A stretch of 60,411 nucleotides of DNA, counting the filler, from Sphacelaria rigidula (taxonomy: Eukaryota): assembly GCA_964200075.2 (NCBI GenBank). It is 7 parts of 7 records of this genome, joined end to end, with 100 filler letters (N's around TTAATTAATTAA, not from the genome) between each part and the next. Parts side by side here need not be neighbours in the genome. Positions count along the whole stretch, not along the records: positions 1 to 8,545 come from CAXNAA020010826.1; positions 8,646 to 17,190 come from CAXNAA020010827.1; 5 more parts are not named here. One strand, given 5' to 3'. A program made the translations under genes and the position numbers. Below are positions 1 through 12,000 of the stretch, piece by piece; within the stretch, counting starts at the first letter, position 1, and every line of letters starts with the position of its first letter. The notes beneath the pieces are model-generated. The model was given only the letters and a program-made list of their open reading frames with translations. It was not told the DNA's origin and did not search any database.

Positions 1-112
1 CTTCTGACTACGGCATGCATGATCATGAGCACCCCCGCCTTCCCCTCCCCTCCCCTCCCCTCCCCCTCCTGCTTATATATTGTCCTCTCGATCTCTTGCT
101 TTTTGCGTGTAG

Positions 113-3100
113 TCGCTCCGCGCGGGGCGCACGTGCAGAACTCCATGCCCCCAAAGCCCCTAAATCCAAAGCAGAGCTGGAAGCGGAGGCGGCTGCGGAG
201 GAACTCATGGCCAGGCATCGGGAGGTCCGTAACATTCCACGGTGCTCTCCACCTACGAGTTTATTTTGCGCTGGGACAGTGTTGTTTTGCAGTCTTGAAA
301 GTGTGGTGTGATGGAGCCCGCCCCCCTGCCTTTCCGTTACGTATGCATGGAATCGACGAACAGTGGAAATGCAACCGTTTCTCGAAGTGTAAGTGCCACA
401 TGTGTGAAGCGTGGCTACATATCCACCACAAGAGACAGGGAACAGTACCCTCTGGGTGCACCCTGGTTCTCATGATGTTTTCGGAAGCGTACAGCGACCA
501 CGAACAGGTGAGCGTTGTTGATCGTTAAGAAGGTGCCGTCGAAACTATTCGGCACACGAAATCTTGTGTGCGGATGTGGGGTATTCTATTATCGAGGAAA
601 TCGACGGAGAAAGCCGGGGTCGAAGAACGCATGTTCACCGATATATGGTAGTCAGCATCAGAAGTTTTCAGAATTCGTAGTTGTTGTAGTTCTTGAGTTT
701 TATTGATATCTATTCTTCATTACTACTTGAAAGTGCTAGCGCCGGTAGATTTAGGGGAAAGCGTGGGCCGCGCTCAAACGGCAGTGCCCAAGTTGGTGTT
801 TTCGGGGCGACACGGACTAGATACCCCGTTTATCAGGAGGGTGTTATTGACCGTTTTTGGTCCAATAAAAACAGTTTTCCGGCTCTTTCGCAAGGAAACG
901 GTAAATTTTCAGTTGAATGAATACGTATACAATTCTTTACAATAACGATCGAGATCGTGTTTCCCTCCTATACTGTACAGACCTCAGTCAAGCATTTTCT
1001 GCGGATGCCCTCTTTTCGTTTTTCGCATAACATTTTCCCTGAGCACTCGAAAGTGCTAGCGTCGATAGTTTTAGCAAAATAAGCAGACCGCGCTCAAATC
1101 ACAATGCCCAAGTTGGCGTTGTGGGGGGGCGATACGGAGTAAACAGCCCGTTTGGGGTGTTATTGGCCGTGAATGGTCCAAGAAACATAATTTTCCGGCT
1201 TTAGTGCAGTGAGTAGGTAGAATTCTAGAAAATTATCATTTCTGCGACTTCACTTGTATGATCGGGATCGAGTCGGTCCACCGAAAATACCAAAAAGCTA
1301 GAGCCTGGGGTTGCTTTATCGCAGGACCCCCGAAGATCGGTCAAGCCCGTAAGTCACTCAATGTTGATCGCCGACATTTTTTCCTTCAGTATTAGTCAAG
1401 AGGATAAAAATATCTCGAGGTGCCCATTTTTTGGCATCCAACGGTCACTGTGATGAGCGGTGGCAAGCGAAACAAAGTTGGAAAATCTTTGAGAAACTAA
1501 GAAATTAGGAATTCTGCATACTTCTGACGCTGACTACTGTATCACGACCCGCAAATGGTCCCGAATCGATCATACAAACCGAGCTTCCTCGTCGGTGTTT
1601 TTTTTTTAACATCTGCAGGCACGCGGGGCATCGCTGGTGGATCGACACAAGATGGATGGTGACAAGAAGGCCAAGAAAGCAGCAAGCGCGAAGGGTGGTG
1701 AAAAAAAGTCATTCTCGTGGAGCCGAGAAGAAGATTTCGAGCAAAGAAGGCGATTTACCCCTCAGGTCAGCTGCAGGAGTATGAATCCGCCAGGAGATAT
1801 TCGCTGCGCCAACTTGGGAAGATTTTGTTCTTGGCACCGTGCTTGACTTGCTCGAAATCAAAAGCAAGCATATATACCCACCATGAGCCCTTCCTTGCTA
1901 ATCTACACAAAGCAGTCTCTGTGATTTGTTAACAACATCAAGTCGGACCAGAGAAGGCAAGGACGCCGGCAAATGGTTGTATCGCAAAGGACGAAAAAAC
2001 AATTTGCGCATCAAACACTACGACACGCTCTGAGCGAAGTCGCGTAGCAAACGAGAACAAGATAAAATAATCTGTGTTGCACGCACAGGATAGAGGTAGC
2101 GTCTCGTTGAACATAATGACTACAACTACAGGCAGGGAGCAACAAACAGGTATCTCTAGATGAGTGGATGGTTTTGTTCATACAGGAGGGCCAGGACCGC
2201 TTTTGGAAATTTACCAGCATCATCTGTAGCGTTGCCGGAAGCGTCTTGATCCCTGTAGGATCATCAACGTCATCATCCCACGACACCATAACCGTCACTT
2301 ATGTTGTTATGTTGAAGTGTACATGTAGCCTGATATCTTGCAATTACGCCTTCTGTAGTACATGAGGCGATTTCACTGTAATGCATCAATGTACGAGCTG
2401 GGCCAGCTGAGAGTGTTTTTTCGTCGGTAATAGGGTGACGCGGTGCTTAATTTGAGGAGGCAGGCCCCGGAATTTTGATCCGACATTTTGATCATCAACA
2501 CGCGCAACACCTCAGGGGATACCATGAGAACAAAAAAGATGCGTTTTACGTCGTAAAGCGATTTGAAATTTTAGCATAAACTGGAAAACGTCATGATTCC
2601 GTGAAAGAAAAAAAACGGCGGCATCCCTCGTCACGAATTTTGCACTTACGCGCAGAAGATCATGATAAAATGTCGGCGGGAAAACTCCTAAAATTGAGCC
2701 TAGCGTAGAACATTTTGTGTTACACGGCTGCGCCCAAGTAGTCCAAGGGATACAGGAGACTCCAGTCACGAGTTCGAAACCCGACATATCCTCTTTTTTT
2801 CGCAGAATCTGGTTCGGTCGTTAATGTAATATATTATTATGCAGTACAGTTTTCCCCATTATTTTTGTTTCAGCTGCAGAGCGTGCATGACCAGCTTGAT
2901 CTACACTTCACAGCCGTCGGTGTGCTTACATCGGGCTGATTCGTGAAAATTGAAAAGTTGTTGTGTGCAGTGCGGTAGTAAGTTCTACGGCTGGCCCAGC
3001 TCGTAATATCGCAAATAATTATATATCCCTGTTTTACTTGTATCGCGTTTTGTGACTTTCAATCTAGGTCTATTTGTTTTTTTTTGGTTTTGTTTGGTTT

Positions 3101-4234
3101 TCCCATACCTTGTTATAGGTAGCTGGCCTGTGACCACGGAGGGCGTCCGCATCAGATGCCCAGTACGAATGTACCGCGCAGATATCGGAACGGTTTTTAA
3201 TGTGAAAACAACAACAGCAACAATCACCACATTATTGTGAATGGATCCATTTAAATATCGTTTCCACAATACCACCAACAGGACCATCTGCCGGAGTGGT
3301 CTATCGGGTGGCGTTCAGGTCGTCATGTATTCGTACTCGTGGGTTCGAATCCCACGGTGGTCAATATCCCTTTTTTTCACTCTTTTTGTCATGTTGTGTA
3401 TCCTTATTCGTAGTCGAGCCGTTCGACAAGCTTCAACCTCGCTTGAGGAAATTGCGCAAAATTTGCGTCGAAGTACCAATACCCCCAATAGGCATCATGT
3501 AAGTACCAACACCCCCAATAGGTATCGTGTCCACACCTTGATCAGCATGACCATCTGCCGGAGTGGTCTATCGGGTGGCGTTCAGGTCGTCATATATTCT
3601 TACTCGTGGGTTCGAATCCCACGGTGGTCAAAATCCCTTTTTTTCACTCTTTTTGTCATGTGTATCCTTCTTATTCGTAGTCGAGCCGTTCGACAAGCTT
3701 CAACCTCGCTTGAGAAAAATTGCGCAAAATTTGCGTCGAAGTACCAACACTCCCAATCGGCGCATACGACATGCCCTGAATGTAGGCGTCGCATTCACCA
3801 CCAGCACTACGCTGGAGATGCATGGGTACATACACATTGTGAAGTAAAGAGCCCCGGGATCATGGCCAACAGATACGCTGCGCAGGCCGACCACCGTATA
3901 CTCATGCACCCTGTAGCGCGCGAAACAGACATACGGAGTATATATTTATGTAATCTATGTATATATATTCGTAGACATTACTTGCACAACTTAGATCCTT
4001 CGGCAGGCTGCATCCTGTAGGGACTGTCGAACCTACATGTGAAGAATTTGCGTGTGACGATGTCCCATCGTCAGGGTTCGCTGACTCCGAAGTACTGAGT
4101 GCACCTTGTCAAATCAATGAGCTGAACGATTGTGGATACGTTTTGTTGCACGGCAGATGTACGAGGAACTGGTGCAGAAGTCCCGCGACCTGGACACCAA
4201 GTTTTCCAGATCGGTCTCCCGCAATTTCCTGTAG
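113..4234 (+). CDS. GPALPP1/DUF3752-like protein, last three exons (5' partial)
   Basis: Exons 113-224, 1619-1765 and 4157-4234 have AG/GT borders and join in phase: ...EELMARHRE|ARGASLVDRHK...SFSWSREEDFEQRRRFTPQ|MYEELVQKSRDLDTKFSRSVSRNFL*. This resembles the RGxSLxxxH...FxRxxD...LxxxFxxxxFL C-terminus of DUF3752 (recognised from memory). Confidence 0.75.
728..1295 (+). repeat. Dispersed repeat with two tandem sub-units; other copies at ~17360-17722 (minus) and ~32540-32745
   Basis: Shared motif GAAAGTGCTAGCG...GTGCCCAAGTTGG...TTTATCAGGAGGGTGTTATTGACCG on three contigs. Confidence 0.75.
2394..3003. mobile_element. Tc1/mariner-type MITE (TA TSD)
   Basis: TA|CGAGCTGGGCCAGC ... GCTGGCCCAGCTCG|TA. 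Homologous inverted copy at 46932-47536. Confidence 0.85.
3282..3363 (+). tRNA. tRNA-Leu(CAG)
   Basis: 82-nt cloverleaf: acceptor GACCATC/GGTGGTC, D-arm CCG..CGG, anticodon stem TGGCG/CGTCA with loop TT-CAG-GT, variable arm GTA-TTCG-TAC, T-arm GTGGG-TTCGAAT-CCCAC, discriminator A, downstream T7 Pol III terminator. Confidence 0.92.
3549..3630 (+). tRNA. tRNA-Leu(CAG), second tandem copy (variable arm weakened; possible pseudogene)
   Basis: Identical to 3282-3363 apart from two variable-arm substitutions (ATA-TTCT-TAC). Also followed by a T-run. Confidence 0.82.
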
Positions 4235-5219
4235 ACGGCGTCAGGTGGCGTCATCTACTTCGGAGTAGTGCAACTCTGTCGTTATGTATGTACATGGATG
4301 GATCTGGCTCTCCTCCTACGTGGGCGTCAACATCGTGCAACCGCTACACTACATGATTTTTCGATTTTTCCTCATGCGGTCAGGTTTGGGAATATGTTGG
4401 CTTCAATGGGTGGATGTGGGCGATACCATCAGGGAGTGTTTTAAATGAAAAATCTTGTTGAAGAAACTTGTTGACCTCGACGGTACCACGTCGCCCCCTC
4501 GGAGTCGACGATAGAAAGCTTCAGCGGGTGATACCTTAGCGATGGATTTTCGTGCCTTGGGTTACTTCCGCTAGTTCTCCCCGTGTATCGTGATGTGATG
4601 TAAGGTCCATGTATTGATAGTTTTACTGTACAGTATCTATACGATACACGCGTAGATACACTTTGATGGCTTCGTCGAAAGAAGGAGATTTGGCGACAAC
4701 CCGCCCGGAGCCGTACAAGCTGCGAATGGATAATTCCACGTACGTGCCAGCATCAAATATCCACATGTTGTCCAATCCACGCCATAGCTATCCTTCGGTG
4801 GGTTTTCATCTGTTGTGTCACCCGTCAGATTATATAACAGTACGCCGACGGTCGGCTGGAGCCATTTCGCCCCCTCCCGTACCATCATTTGCGCTTTGGT
4901 TTGCGAGGAGAACAGTGGCGTTAGCCATGGACCCAAAACAGAGGCGAACAAACTCGTAGCTCAAGCACTTGTTTGAGCCCGGCGCCTGAAAAACACCAAC
5001 AGCATGTCCTACATCAGGCAGAGCGATTATTTCTGCTCTTTCTATTCAAATGGATACTCGGTGGTCTACAGCCGATCGGCTGACCAACCAAAAATAGTCT
5101 CATGGGTAAACTTAACGTACAAAACGCTCGACAAAAGCACATGTACACAGAATGAGCAAAGTATTCACGACGCCACGCAGTCAAAAAGGCAAGGAAGATG
5201 ACACAGCTCCGCCCCATAA

Positions 5220-7876
5220 TCACGCTGCGTCCATAATAAGCGCTACCCCGGCTAAAACCCAACGCCCCGCTGGAGACTTCGTTTTGAGCTGCGCGCAGAA
5301 GACGTAAGTCGGCCCTCGCTGCTCGGTCTTGTACACGGGACACATGTAGATCCCCTGTGTGTCGACTCGATCTGCCGACACGCCCTTGACGCACATGATC
5401 GGCATGGCGCAGAACATCTCCTTCGGCTGTTTCAAGCGACAGCAAAAATGACGAGTTATGAGATTTGGTGAACAGCGTCGATAACCAGATGCATGGGCGT
5501 CAAAATTGACTCAGTGTCTTGCTGTGTAAACCTCAGTCGTGAGGTTCTGGTAAACCTTAAACCGCAGGTATAGTTATCCCGATCAAGTTCACCACAGGAA
5601 AAACGAGTTTCTTCCGACCCCAAATCCTCCCGGATGAGTCCAAGCAGGTATGCGACGCAAAGTGCTCCACTTTACTTACTGGCGCAGGTAAGTCCTCGTG
5701 TAGGAGCGGAAGACAGCCAAGGATAGCGCTTGGGGGAGGCGGGGGGGGGGGGTAATGCAGCTGCACAAGCAACGGCGGTGTTAAGCTTGTGTTTGTGTGG
5801 GGAGAACGGGACTGTCGCTTGAACACTCTGACCATATTGCAAAGCTGAGGCTCAACACCCTGGAGCTCGTTCAAAACTGCCTCACGTCAGCGTTCGGTTC
5901 ACGGTCGAGATTCACCTTGCTCTTTTCAATGCTGACGGCGTTAGGGTCCCACCGCGCGCCCTGCATGCTGAGGCCGATGACGTACGCCCCTTCCTTGCTG
6001 TGAGAATCTACCTCGTCTATGGTGAACTTCTTGAGCATTTCGCTCTGAGTTTGTAGCTTATCGAGCTCCCACTGGTTCTTCTGGGCGGTCACCTGCATGT
6101 GCATGCCAAATACGCGAGAAGGGGACATGAACATTTATCTTCTGTACTCGAATGCGGCGAGTTCTACTGCTGCTGTTGTTGTAGGGCGCCGAATAAAACA
6201 TTCCACACAGAAAACAAGTCGCGCGACCATTGAATTGAAGCACGATTAGCTTGCAGGTGGGCGATGCACACTCTTTTTCCCTCGGCGTGCGTGTTATGGA
6301 AAGTTAACAAGCATCATTAATTTGGAATTGGCTCGTTATAAGAGATCGGAGAGGCTCCACTCACGCTGTTCTTGACTACGTACGGTTTATTCGACGAGCT
6401 CCTCCCTGCGACCTGCTTCTGCTACCCCGTCTTTCAAAGGGGCCTAGGATATAGTACGGTACTTGAGATACTCAGGGTTTTCACTAGATATCCAGGGGGT
6501 TTTTAGTACCCAGTAGTACTCCAGAATACCTGGAGTACCGACGCCCCGACATAGTGCGTCGAGGGTACCTCCATCGAGTTCTGTGGACTGCCGAGAATAC
6601 GGAGTATCCCAGAGGATCTAGACGACCTGCCGCCGAAAATATAAGTATTCCGAGGTAGTTGCTCCTGCAAAATATTAAGAACGCGCTGAGACCTGGAGTA
6701 CCGACTGCCGGAATACTGATTGTTCCAGAGTACAGTAGTACCACCTGAGGTATGGCCGGCCGAAAATACGAAGTATTATTCTAGAGTATCTGGAGTATCG
6801 ACTGCCGAAAATATCAAGTGTTGCAGAGTACGCCAGATATCGAATGCCAATAGTATTCAATATCCCACACCACCTGGGGTATGGACTCTGCCAAATACTC
6901 AGAATTCCGGGGTTTGCCCAGCATTAACAGACAAGTGCTGGACAGTAAACTATACTGGGTACAGTACAGTACACCCACCGTAGGATATACGTACAGTGGA
7001 TATACGCTCAGGTGGTTGGCGTCAGGCTGATAGTTACCGTTTGTGGTACAAGCTACAGCGCGAATTTTCCATCTTACTTCCTTCGCCTTTCGATACAACC
7101 ACGCTACACTTCACACTTCCACCAAAGCTCACATTTCATCACATCCACAATTCAGCATACATTAGTAACGCATATCAACGTGGCACGCAAAATGCTCCAC
7201 ACCCTTCATATAGCCACGATGAGGTCCCAGAGTTGACTCTTGATGAGTTCAAAACTACCGAGTGTTTCAATGCGCCTCTTGCATCGCAGGAACTCAGTGT
7301 TCCAGATTACTTGGAGTGTCGACCGCCGGAAATGATGATCATCTCAAAAGAACTTTGTGTATCAACTGCAGAAAATGCAGAGTATTCGACGGAACGCAAA
7401 ATACGGATCACCAAAAATACTAGTTTTCGCAGGGTCCTTGGAGCATAGACTCCCAAAGATATGGAGATTTTTGTGGTACATGGGGCGTTGACCCCTCCAA
7501 CGTACTGGGCACACAGAGTACATGGAGTTCCCACTCTCCGGAATACTTGGCATTCCAGAGTATCTGTAGTATCGCCTGCCAAAAACACAGGGGTATTTCG
7601 AAGTACCTGGAGTTTCGACACCTCAAATTACCCGTACCCGGACTCTACCCCGTCCCAGCACATTTTCTTGTCTTGTAACCGTTACTACCAGGCGGCAACA
7701 CACGAATCAAGCAAGCCCAGAGCGTTCGTCTTAGATTCAGACTATCATCATACATGATCCATGATCATCGATTTTCAGCATTGACAGCACAAAACACACG
7801 TCCGACGCACCTGGCAAATAGCCGTGAGGAACGACTGCGGGTTCACCAATCCTGACACCCAGGTTACCTTGGGAAT
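5220..7876 (-). CDS. Dynein heavy chain (probably axonemal), C-terminal three exons (5' partial)
   Basis: Phase-0 exons 7876-7811, 6092-5916 and 5426-5220: IPKVTWVSGLVNPQSFLTAICQ|VTAQKNQWELDKL...EGAYVIGLSMQGARWD...SK|PKEMFCAMP...YMCPVYKTEQRGPTYVFCAQLKTKSPAGRWVLAGVALIMDAA*. These are canonical dynein C-terminal domain motifs. Confidence 0.95.
6438..7652. mobile_element. Degenerate non-autonomous element with internal GAGTATCTGGAGTACCGACTGCCGAAAAT-type repeats, in a dynein intron
   Basis: Many diverged short repeats and imperfect inverted ends (GTACGGTACTTGAG / CTCAAATTACCCGTAC). Boundaries approximate. Confidence 0.5.
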
Positions 7877-8289
7877 CTGGCCGAACGAGAGATTTACCGG
7901 TGAGACGGGGGCGGGGGCGGGAGCGGGGAGGTCGCATTTGATGGCGAGGGGGCACGATCGGTTCGCATCAAGGGCACTCGACACGCGAGGCGATTTCACT
8001 AATTTTCGTTTTTCCAGACAGGATGATCAGGCAAAATCGGCACTCTCAGTTCTTCGATGCACACTACAGTACCACGAGCCGGGCCAGCCTAAAAATGGAT
8101 TTAAGCTCTAAATGCAATGCAATATCTCATCGACACAGACGAGTTGGGCCGTGATCCGCACATCGTATTAATCGTCTAATCAAGGGGAAGGTGCCCATCT
8201 ACTAAAAAGTCTGGGCTAATATTTTATCATCGATTAAAGCCCATCTTTAGTAATTCCTATACCCAAGGGAGATAGCGCCAATTAATTCG

Positions 8290-8400
8290 TTATCTGTCTC
8301 GAGATATGGCGCACATAAGTTTTCATACTAGAATCAATGTATTACGAGCAGAGGCACCAGATGCCCTAAATCTGGATATCGCGTCTCAGTTTTTAAGAGT
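8290..8400 (+). repeat. Dispersed repeat; inverted copy at ~59790-59905
   Basis: GAGATATGGCGCACATAAGTTT...CTGGATATCGCGTCTCAG matches the reverse complement near 59800-59892. Confidence 0.7.
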
Positions 8401-8545
8401 TGTTCTATGAAATTTCGTATGGAGAACCGCCAGTGCACAATACATCGCATCCAACAGCTTGTTACCTTCCCCCCCCCCCTTTTTTCGCTGTTTTTTTTTT
8501 TTCCTTTTTTTTTCTTTTTTTTTTTTTTTCTTTTTTTTTTTTTTT

Positions 8546-8645
8546 NNNNNNNNNNNNNNNNNNNNNNNNNNNNNNNNNNNNNNNNNNNNTTAATTAATTA
8601 ANNNNNNNNNNNNNNNNNNNNNNNNNNNNNNNNNNNNNNNNNNNN
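8546..8645. other. Artificial contig linker (N44-TTAATTAATTAA-N44)
   Basis: 100-nt spacer with stop codons in all six frames. The first of six identical linkers. Confidence 0.99.
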
Positions 8646-8720
8646 GCTCCGTCTCGAAAGGGATGCGTGGTCAATGGTCAAACGACTAAGGCAACCAACA
8701 AATGAGTACGCCCCCCTCCC
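8646..8720 (+). mobile_element. LINE 3' end fragment (family of 51369-51767; also 34580-34640)
   Basis: GTCTCGAAAGGGATGCGTGGTCAATGGTC...GAGTACGCCCCC is shared between the copies. Confidence 0.75.
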
Positions 8721-9015
8721 GTGCCCCATATGCAAGATAATAAGTACGCTTCAGGCCGAGCAATCTTGGCAGGATGCAGCTCATCGCTCATGCGACGCGC
8801 CGAACACATCACGGCGCTTCGTGCTTGATGATTGATTGCGAGCCTGGTCGGGCGAAAACCCGGCGTGCTCTCGTCCCGGCTTTTGAAGGGATGCGAGGTT
8901 AATGGATGGTCTCATGACTTTGGCACGCTTTTTCATGAGTACACCCTCCCCGCATGCCCTCACCATCTCCCGCTGTCTCTTCTCTGTATCCCTCTCGGCT
9001 GTGCTCTTTGTCCAG

Positions 9016-12000
9016 ACTGGCTGACCTCAAGAACGCCGATAAAGCTCGGCCCGGCTCATTTGTATTTCCTTCTTCCGGAGGGTGATCTAGAGGATGACGC
9101 AGCGGCTAGTGAGAAAACCAGCGGCGGCGGCTGCGGGGCTGGGGGTGCAAAGGCGGAGCTAGTGTCACCACCCGCGCCGGCATCAGGGGCTGCCCAGGTA
9201 AGAAGCACCAGAAGGTCAATCTGTACCTGCAGAACGTAGCGGGATGGGTGGGGAAGAGGATGTTGGTTTCTGTTTCTGAATGTTTTCACCCCTGACCAAA
9301 GCTGACCAAAGGGTTCTTGTTTTGAACCAGAAGCATCGTAGATGTGTTTGATTACCCGGGGTCTTGCTGGCGACCAAACAAGCAGTGTTTGGCATATGTG
9401 ATCAGAGGTAAAACACCGAGCTTGAATACCGAGGCGACTGGTTCGACGGTACCCTCTGATCAACCAAATTCAACGGCACGAAAACTAGAAAAATGCCGAG
9501 GTACGCACTAACCTTGCAGTGAAACGCAAACTCCTTGGCGACGATTATTCCCCCCCCCCCCCGCCTCCGTCCCTGGGTTCTGAAGAAACTGTTGGTCGTG
9601 CAAGGGGAGATAGAACGGAGTATTTCGCTTCCATGATCACGTCAAGGTCACAAGATTACGGGCCGCTTTGCAGCCACAGCTAGCACCGTTGCCGTCCATG
9701 ACCGAGGGATTCCCATTTCAGCGAAGCATGTTACTCTTCTTTTTTTCCCCTTAGAGCGTGTTTGAATCCCGTTTTTCTTGAGTACGTCTATAATGAGACC
9801 ACGGCTGGACTCCTAGGGGGTCAGTTAAAGTGCGACAATCAATCAATCAATCAATCAATGGTAGCTGGCGTGTGGTCGAGAGGCGCATGTCACACGCTAT
9901 ATTTGTCCCGAGCGCGTTGATGTGGCATACTTGTTGGCGTGGAGTAGGTATTCATGTTTTCGTTGCACGTGACGCTGGTACTATTCTTCCTTTGCAAAAG
10001 AAAGCCGTAGGGACGTGAATCACGTGCTCAGCAAATTCGATCGTGTGCACTACACTCTTGACGCCATACGCACGTATCCCCCCCCCCTCCCCGCCCCCAC
10101 ACAGTCGGTGGCGGCGACGCCAACGGGACCAACCTCGAATTCGGAAGGAGGAAACGCGGACGAGGGATCGGTCGCGAAGAAACGAAATGAACCCACGCGG
10201 TCGTTTGACGATATGGTGTCGGAGGCCTTCAGGAGTCCGGAGCTCGCAGCGGCTGCTGCCTCTGGAGGATTGTTAGCGACAGACGTGCTGAAGTGGGTCG
10301 AGAAGAGGTGAGAGATCGTGTGGTGTGTAGTGTGGGGCGGCGCAGGAGGGGGAGGGGGGGCGAGAGGGTTGTATTTGTGTACGAAGTGAGATGTATTAAT
10401 ATTTTTCTTGTACAAGTACAGGGTTGTGTTTCGGTTGGATTGGGCGGTATTGCATATTTCGGCAGATGAGCGCAGCCGATATGCTGATGGTGTATTATCA
10501 CCATGTATCCCGCAAAATATTGATGGTTACGTCTCAGGGCTCCAGGCAACGATGGGCGACGACGCAAAAGGAACCATTATGGCGAGCGCCCGATCGTTCG
10601 TAGGTCGTAATTATGGTAATTTTCAATGTGTGACGACCTACATGTCGTATTGTACAGCTGATGGCGGCAAACTGGCGACATCGGCCCCCCATTCACCAAT
10701 CGATTTGATACATCGATGATATCGATCCTGACACACGACACAAATATGTATCTCTCCCACACACCCGGGCGGCGGAAGTAAACGCGTGACTCGTGGGATA
10801 AAATTGTTACATTTTTGAGTTGATCGCACATGTTTTTGTGCAATATTGTGGTGGTCGCAGGTGGTCCTCAAGTGCAACATTTGTCAACCCTTCGACCGCC
10901 AGGGTTGAACGATCTGAGTCTCACTTTCACTACTGGAGTGAAAAATGATGCCGATTCAATCGATGATGCACCCTGCTGGGCGAAGGCTTGAGTGTGACGC
11001 ATTAGTTTCTCAGGGGGTGTGGGGTGTGGGCGATTGGAAGGGGCTCATGGAGGAGCGGGTGTTTAAGTTCAAAGAAACTTGTTTCACGCGTGTTACCATG
11101 TTTATTTCGAGAGTGCCAACGAGGGGTACTCCGATTCGTAACCCAGGGAAACACTGGGACACCAAGAGACGGCCCTAACGTCAAACCTACTGCCGTCGGT
11201 ATCCTCGCCGACGCCACTTCCACCGCCACCGCCACAACCACCACAAGACCGGTTGGTCCTGGCGCCGTGCCGGCCGGCGCCATCGCCGCCTGGATCGTTA
11301 TCACCCTCAGATCCTCGAGGAGCGCAGCCAACACGGCCGCGACCATGAACCTGCATGCGGACAGGTGCCGATTTGCGAACGATGCGTCTGGCCGCGCTGC
11401 GGCTATGGCCTGTGCATTCCGTCTGAAGCTATATTCGTCTTTGTTCCTGGCTCTCATGGATGGAACTAGCTCATCACACAACTCCACAGATTCCCACCGC
11501 GTGTATCGCGAGAGAAACCCTGGGTGGGAAGAGCGCCATCTCCAAGTATACCAACTCAACCGCTGGCAGTAAGTATCGTTTCGCCCTTTTGCGCACAGCG
11601 ATATCAGGACGTCGAATCTGTGGGGCAGTTGGAACTTACAACCACGATAAGTGCGGAGTAATTGCCGGCAGGAATGCAGATGCAGTGGAGCTATTCGCAA
11701 AATAAGTAGCATGGGGGGATATTGCGCAGGTATTGTCTTACAAGAAATGACGTATGGGAAGCAATTGCAAAGGTAGGGCGAGCAGCCGAGTGTAAAACGT
11801 ACTCCAGTAATCAAAGTATGGGTGAGTCCCCCTAACGCCATGAGAAGTTTGGGTAAGGGCGTCAGCGGCGGCAGGAGGTCTCATTCTTCCCCAATACCAA
11901 CAGGACAGCAAGCGCTAGGTGAAATATACCACAGTACTTTCCGCTGGCCTGATAGCAGATATTACGGTTTTCATTTGGAAATGGTGGTGTCGGGGTAGGG

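Noticed and set aside
3241..4020. 259-aa ORF with an internal repeat
   Set aside because: It is a chance read-through of the tandem tRNA-Leu duplication within an intron.
8590..8601. TTAATTAATTAA as a biological motif (piggyBac site or regulatory palindrome)
   Set aside because: It is always centred in N-runs, so it is an assembly linker.
11002..11841. 279-aa minus ORF and 182-aa plus ORF as a nested gene
   Set aside because: GC-rich low-complexity sequence, open in several frames, with no recognisable domain or partner exons.
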